IMG/VR virus record: IMGVR_UViG_3300031890_000028
Coordinates: 1-39,411 of that record
Length of the DNA: 39,411 nt
Reading direction: 5' to 3' (one strand)
DNA from: a virus
Lineage: Duplodnaviria > Caudoviricetes
The translations under genes and the position numbers were made by a program. This document shows, in pieces, positions 35,010 through 39,411 of the stretch; positions within the stretch are counted from its first letter, which is position 1, and the number at the start of each line of letters is the position of its first letter. The notes below the pieces were generated by a model, which saw only the letters and a list, made by a program, of their open reading frames with translations, ran no database searches and was not told the DNA's origin.

Positions 35010-37993
35010 AGTTCCAGTTCTCCGCCCAGGCCGCCCTGGACCGTGACCGCCGGGTCAGCGAGGGCATGAGCCGGATGCTGGCGCTCGGCGCCAGCCGGGC
35101 CGGGACGATGACCCCCGAGGTAGCCGAGGCCCGCAAGAACCGCTCGGTGATGCGCCGCACGGGCGCCTACGGGGCCGGCGGCGCCGGGGGAGCTTCCGGA
35201 GGTTTCGGCGACATCCAGTTCGCCACCGGCCGCCCGCGCGATCCTTTGTTCTACTGGCGCCAGAATAACCTGCCCTACGACTTCAGCCAGAACGAGGAGC
35301 TGGCCAAGGTCCGGGCCTTCTGCCGGCTGCTGTACCAGACCGACCCGATCATCGGCAGCTGCGTCGACATCTTCTCCAAGTTCCCCACCATGGGCGACCA
35401 CCTGGAGTGCAAGGACCCCCGGCTGGAGGACTTCTACGGCGACCTGTTCTTCACCGAGGAGCACCTGGACTACGAGGAGTTCACCGTCGACATCGGCCGG
35501 GAGTACTGGACCTCCGGCGAGGCCTGGCCGTTCGCCACCTTCAACGAGGACCTGGGCATCTGGGACGACGAGGAGCTGCTCAACCCCGATGACGTCAAGG
35601 TCGAGCGCAGCCCGTTCCTGAAGGAGCCCCGGTACTTCATCCGGCTGCCCTGGACCATCCGGCAGATCCTGCAGACCCGCCAGCCCGCCTGGGAGTACAA
35701 CCGGCTGGTCGCCGAGTACCCCGAGCTGACCGCCTACACCGCCGAGAACACCTTCATGCCGGTCAGCAACATCCTGCTGAAGCAGCTGAAGTTCCGGGGC
35801 GACACGTTCAACGTGCGCGGCGTGCCGCTGCTGACCCGGGCGATGCGCTCGATGCTGCAGAAGGAGATGCTCAACACCGCACTGGACTCGATCGCCGACC
35901 GGCTGTACACCCCGCTGATCCTGTGCAAGCTCGGCGCCAGCGCCACCGACCTGGGCACCTCCCAGCCGTGGATCCCCACCGACGACGACCTGGAGAACTT
36001 CGAGCTGGCCCTGGACGCCGCCCTGGCCGGCGACTTCCGCGCGCTGATCTACAACTTCGCCGTCGAGATGCTGCCGGTGCTCGGCCGCGAGAACATGCCC
36101 GACCTGACCCCGGACTTCGAGCGGATCGAGGACTCCATCCTGCAGGTGTTCGGCCTGAGCAGAACGTTCCTGATGGGAGCGCAGTGCTTGACTGGTGATG
36201 TGATGATCCACGTCAGCCGGGCCGGCAAGGGCTTCCAGATGAAGATCAAGGACCTGGTGGCCCGGTTCAACGGGGAGGATGACTATCTCCCCGGCAGGCG
36301 GTGGGATCCCGAGATCCCGACGCTCGTGGCACGTGCCGATGGCGGCGTGGTCCGGCTGGGCCGCCTGGACGCTGCCTGGTGCTCGGGCGTCAAGGATGTC
36401 TTCGAGGTCAGGACCGAGGGCGGGCGCAGCATCAGGGCCTCGGCCGAGCACCCGTTCCAGGTCGCCGGCGGCCGGTGGGTGAAGCTGCGGGACCTGAAGC
36501 CCGGCGACGAACTCCGGGTGAATACCGGGCACAGCGCCCGGGGCCGGGAATGGAACAAGAGCTATCGTGTCGTGCACACGCTGTATCACCCGCATCAGAG
36601 CAACGACGGGCTGCACCGGGGCAAGCGGCGGTTTAAGGTCTACCAGCACCGGCTGGTCATGGAGGCGGCGCTCAACGAGCTGCCGTACGAGGAGTTCGTG
36701 GAGATCCTGCGCACTGACCCGGTGCGCAGCAAGGAGCTGGTCTTCCTGCCCTCATCGCTGCACGTCCACCACGATAACGAGGACACGCAAAACAACGACC
36801 CGGGCAACCTGGTGATCAGCACGCACGCCGAGCACCACGGCGGTTATCACGACCACACCGGGAACGTGCTCTGGCAGGTCGGCATTGACAAGGTGTCCTC
36901 GATCACGCCCTGCGGCCAGGAATCTACTTACGACCTGCGGATGGATGGCGAGCCGCACAACTTCCTGGCCGATGACTTCGTGGTGCACAACAGCGGCCAG
37001 ACTTACGCAGCCGACGCGCTGAACAAGGAACTGGTCACCATGCTGATGGCCAAGTACCAGCGGTTCCAGGCGCGGCACTTCCGGCAGCGGGCCATGGTGG
37101 TGGCCGAGGCGCAGGAGCATTACGACTACAACGAGCACGGCGGCAAGCGCTACGTGATCATGGAGGAGGTGCTGGAGACCGACGAGGAGACCGGCGAGAA
37201 GCGCCTCGTCGAGCAGCCCCGGCTGCTGGTCCCCGACCGCCGGTTCAAGGTGCTCAACCTGAAGGACGAGGACGCGACCCGCCAGTTCGTCGAGGCGCTG
37301 CGCGCCAGCGGCATCCCGATCTCCCAGCGGACCCGGACCCGCAACCTGGACCTGGACCTGGACGAGGAGGTCAACCGGTCCCAGGACGAGGCCGTCGCCC
37401 AGGCCGTGGCCGAGCAGGACACCCGCAAGCAGACCTACATCGCGCTGCGCGACCAGGGCCTGCCGGTGCCGCAGGACCTGGCCGCCGACTTCGCGCCCGT
37501 CGCCCAGGTCGAGGGCATCCCGCCGGGCATCTCCATGGGCGGCATGCCGCTGCCCCGGCTCGGCACTGAGCCCCCGCCGGGAGGGCCCCTGCTGGCCCTG
37601 GCGCCCGGCCCGGAGGACATGGAGGAGGAAGAGCAGGCCGAGGGCGAGCCGCCCGCTGCCCCGCCCGAGGGCGAGGAGGACGAGGGCCCCGGCGACCAGT
37701 CCCAGCGCCCCGAGGAGTCCGATGAGGAACGCAAGGGCATGCCGAGCGAGGCCGCCCTGTTCCGGCGCACCGCCCGGACCCGGGACCTGGCCCGCGCCCG
37801 CGAGCGCAGGCCGCTGGAGGGGGAGGAGCACCAGACCCCGGTGATGAGGCCCAACGGCGAGGTCCAGGAGGTCCGCGAGTGGACCACGGCCGACGCCCCG
37901 GCCGGCTACAAGGATCCCCGCGTGGTCGGCGTCCGCCGCCAGGCCGGGTTGCAGAATGGCGATGAGCTGCCGGCTGACGCTGATTCGCTATAA
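35006..37993 (+). CDS. Portal protein with intein
   Basis: Portal-like segments (LLYQTDPIIGSCVDIFSKFP, GREYWTSGEAW, LLNPDDV, RGVPLL, PLILCKLG, ILQVFGL) and an acidic tail; recalled as similar to portals of large actinobacterial myoviruses. Confidence 0.8.
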   Translation: MKFQFSAQAALDRDRRVSEGMSRMLALGASRAGTMTPEVAEARKNRSVMRRTGAYGAGGAGGASGGFGDIQFATGRPRDPLFYWRQNNLPYDFSQNEELAKVRAFCRLLYQTDPIIGSCVDIFSKFPTMGDHLECKDPRLEDFYGDLFFTEEHLDYEEFTVDIGREYWTSGEAWPFATFNEDLGIWDDEELLNPDDVKVERSPFLKEPRYFIRLPWTIRQILQTRQPAWEYNRLVAEYPELTAYTAENTFMPVSNILLKQLKFRGDTFNVRGVPLLTRAMRSMLQKEMLNTALDSIADRLYTPLILCKLGASATDLGTSQPWIPTDDDLENFELALDAALAGDFRALIYNFAVEMLPVLGRENMPDLTPDFERIEDSILQVFGLSRTFLMGAQCLTGDVMIHVSRAGKGFQMKIKDLVARFNGEDDYLPGRRWDPEIPTLVARADGGVVRLGRLDAAWCSGVKDVFEVRTEGGRSIRASAEHPFQVAGGRWVKLRDLKPGDELRVNTGHSARGREWNKSYRVVHTLYHPHQSNDGLHRGKRRFKVYQHRLVMEAALNELPYEEFVEILRTDPVRSKELVFLPSSLHVHHDNEDTQNNDPGNLVISTHAEHHGGYHDHTGNVLWQVGIDKVSSITPCGQESTYDLRMDGEPHNFLADDFVVHNSGQTYAADALNKELVTMLMAKYQRFQARHFRQRAMVVAEAQEHYDYNEHGGKRYVIMEEVLETDEETGEKRLVEQPRLLVPDRRFKVLNLKDEDATRQFVEALRASGIPISQRTRTRNLDLDLDEEVNRSQDEAVAQAVAEQDTRKQTYIALRDQGLPVPQDLAADFAPVAQVEGIPPGISMGGMPLPRLGTEPPPGGPLLALAPGPEDMEEEEQAEGEPPAAPPEGEEDEGPGDQSQRPEESDEERKGMPSEAALFRRTARTRDLARARERRPLEGEEHQTPVMRPNGEVQEVREWTTADAPAGYKDPRVVGVRRQAGLQNGDELPADADSL
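36185..36991 (+). mobile_element. Intein (269 aa) with HNH homing endonuclease
   Basis: N-terminal Q|CLTGD, block B ASAEHPF, C-terminal HNFLADDFVVHN|S; internal HRLVM..VHHDNEDTQNNDPGNL..H. Confidence 0.92.
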
Positions 37994-38004
37994 ACTTGCG
38001 GAAG

Positions 38005-39411
38005 ATCAGGGCCCGGCCCGGATAGCCTGGATGGGCCAGGCACGGCAAGGCACGGCGCGGCCGGTGCGTCATGGCGTGGCGTGGTTTCGGTCGGGAGGCG
38101 AGGCGTGGCGAGGCATGGCTCGGCCGGGAGGCAGGGCGCGGCGTGGGTTGCGGGGCTCGTCCCGGCTAGGCTGTCAGGGCTGGGCCAGGAGATGCAAGCC
38201 AGGGTATGGACGGCCGGAGATGCATGGCAAGGCCCGGCGCTGCAAGGCCTGGGTGGCTAGGCCGGAGACGCATGGCACCGTGTGGCTTAGGCGGCATGGG
38301 CGGCCGGAGATGCATGGCAAGGCCCGGTGCTGACTGGCGAGGCAAGGCCGGAGGCGCAAGGCATCGCGTGGCTTGACGCGGCACAGCGTGTTTCGGCACG
38401 GCCGTTTTCGCGTGGCGCCGCGCGGCCTGGTCAGACGTGGCCTGGCTAGGCGAGGCCTGGCACGGAGGGCAAGGCCGTCAAGGCAGTGCGTGGCTTGGGC
38501 GGCACGGATCGCTCGGCATCGCGCGGCAGGGCTGCCGGGGCATCGCGAGGGGTCCCCGGCTGGGCACGGTGAGGCGTCGCTCGGCCAGGCGCGGCTGTCT
38601 AGGCTGGGCCTGGCCGTGCCAGGATCGGCCTGGCCCGGCGTGGCGGCCGAGGCAAGGCTTGGCCCGTCCCGGCGGCGCGTCGCGTGGCACGGCACCGCGA
38701 AGCAGTCCAGGCAGGGCAATGCGTGGGAGGGCTAGGCAGGGCTTGTCAGTGCCGGTCACGGCTCGTCCCGGCCCGGAGGGCAAGGCAGCCAGGGTCAGGC
38801 GCGGCCCGGATTGCAAGGCAAGGCGTGGCCGTGCAGGGCCGTTTAGGCGAGGCCCGGATGGCAAGGCAAGGCGTGGCCTGGCTGGGCCGGAGAGGCCTGG
38901 ATAGCCGGGCAAGGCGTGGCTTGGCTAGGCAGTCCCGGCGCGGCAGGGCCTGACATCGCGGGACTCGGCAGGGCTTGGCTGGGCCGTCCCGGCGCGGCAT
39001 GGTGCTGCCCGGCTTGGCTGAGCCGGGCACGGCTGGGCACGGAGGGGCTAGGCGGTCAGGGCATGGAGCGGCGGTGATCGCTCGGCCGGGCCGCGTTCGG
39101 CTAGGCGGTCCTGGCTCGGCTCGGCCTGTTCTGGCCTTGCAAGGCTGGGCATGGGTTGCTTGGCGAAGCGGTCCCGGCACGGCAAGGCCGGGCCCGGCAT
39201 GACCCGGCAGGGCCTGACGAGGCGGGGCCCGGAAGGCACGGCAGTTAAGGCATGGCAAGGCTGGGCATGGGTAGCTTGGCGGGGCAGTCGTCGCTTGGCG
39301 TGGCTCGATAGGCGTGTCCGGGCGAGGCGAGGCCAGCAAGGCCGTCTTGGCCAGGCGCGGCTTAGGGTGCAGGGCCGGGCATGGCAGTTCGCGGCGTGGC
39401 AGCCATGGCGT
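38005..39411 (+). ncRNA. (GGC)NN pentamer guide array 2, at least 25 units, runs off the window
   Basis: Same scaffold and delimiters as arrays 1a/1b; starts right after CGGAAG at 37999-38004. Confidence 0.85.

Noticed and set aside
34940-37831. Minus-strand ORFs of 569 and 359 aa
   Set aside because: Antisense shadows of the portal gene
38790-39240. Weak decodes (FF[IM]GA SIR2-like, PASLIG SNF2-like, AGISRRS HTH-like, GP..LG.GRF Csb2-like)
   Set aside because: Short or containing mismatches at conserved positions; not distinguishable from chance without a search
37956-39339. ORFs over array 2
   Set aside because: Same artefact of pentamer periodicity

Overview
High-GC (about 70%) window from a large actinobacterial tailed phage, probably a myovirus-like genome. 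It runs from the 3' end of the terminase large subunit (1-471) to an intein-containing portal gene (35006-37993). In between are two giant polyvalent proteins (multiple ADP-ribosyltransferase-like, ParB-like, NUDIX and nucleotidyltransferase domains), a uracil-DNA glycosylase, probable head/virion proteins, a GT2/GH16 pair, and a minus-strand block of small genes including ArdC, controlled by a repeated TATCAA-N6-TTGATA promoter/operator. The main result is a putative RNA-guided anti-defence system. It comprises a stand-alone Cas7/RAMP-like gene (17346-18152), a coupled partner gene (18154-18612) and three arrays of (GGC)NN pentamers (19501-19913, 20102-21233, 38005->39411) split into about 50 units. 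I read the variable NN dinucleotides by hand as codon positions 1-2 with the wobble base skipped. Many units then spell hallmark motifs of host defence-type proteins, in both orientations: IEMATGTGKT, GMGGIGK, WLLVFDNA, AIEEPEIHLHP, LFVGDPGQ, RYTAAHEIGH, DIKPANL, VFVSYVRED, VCHSMGGL and LLAPHHGS. All family assignments come from motif recognition only; no database searches were run.
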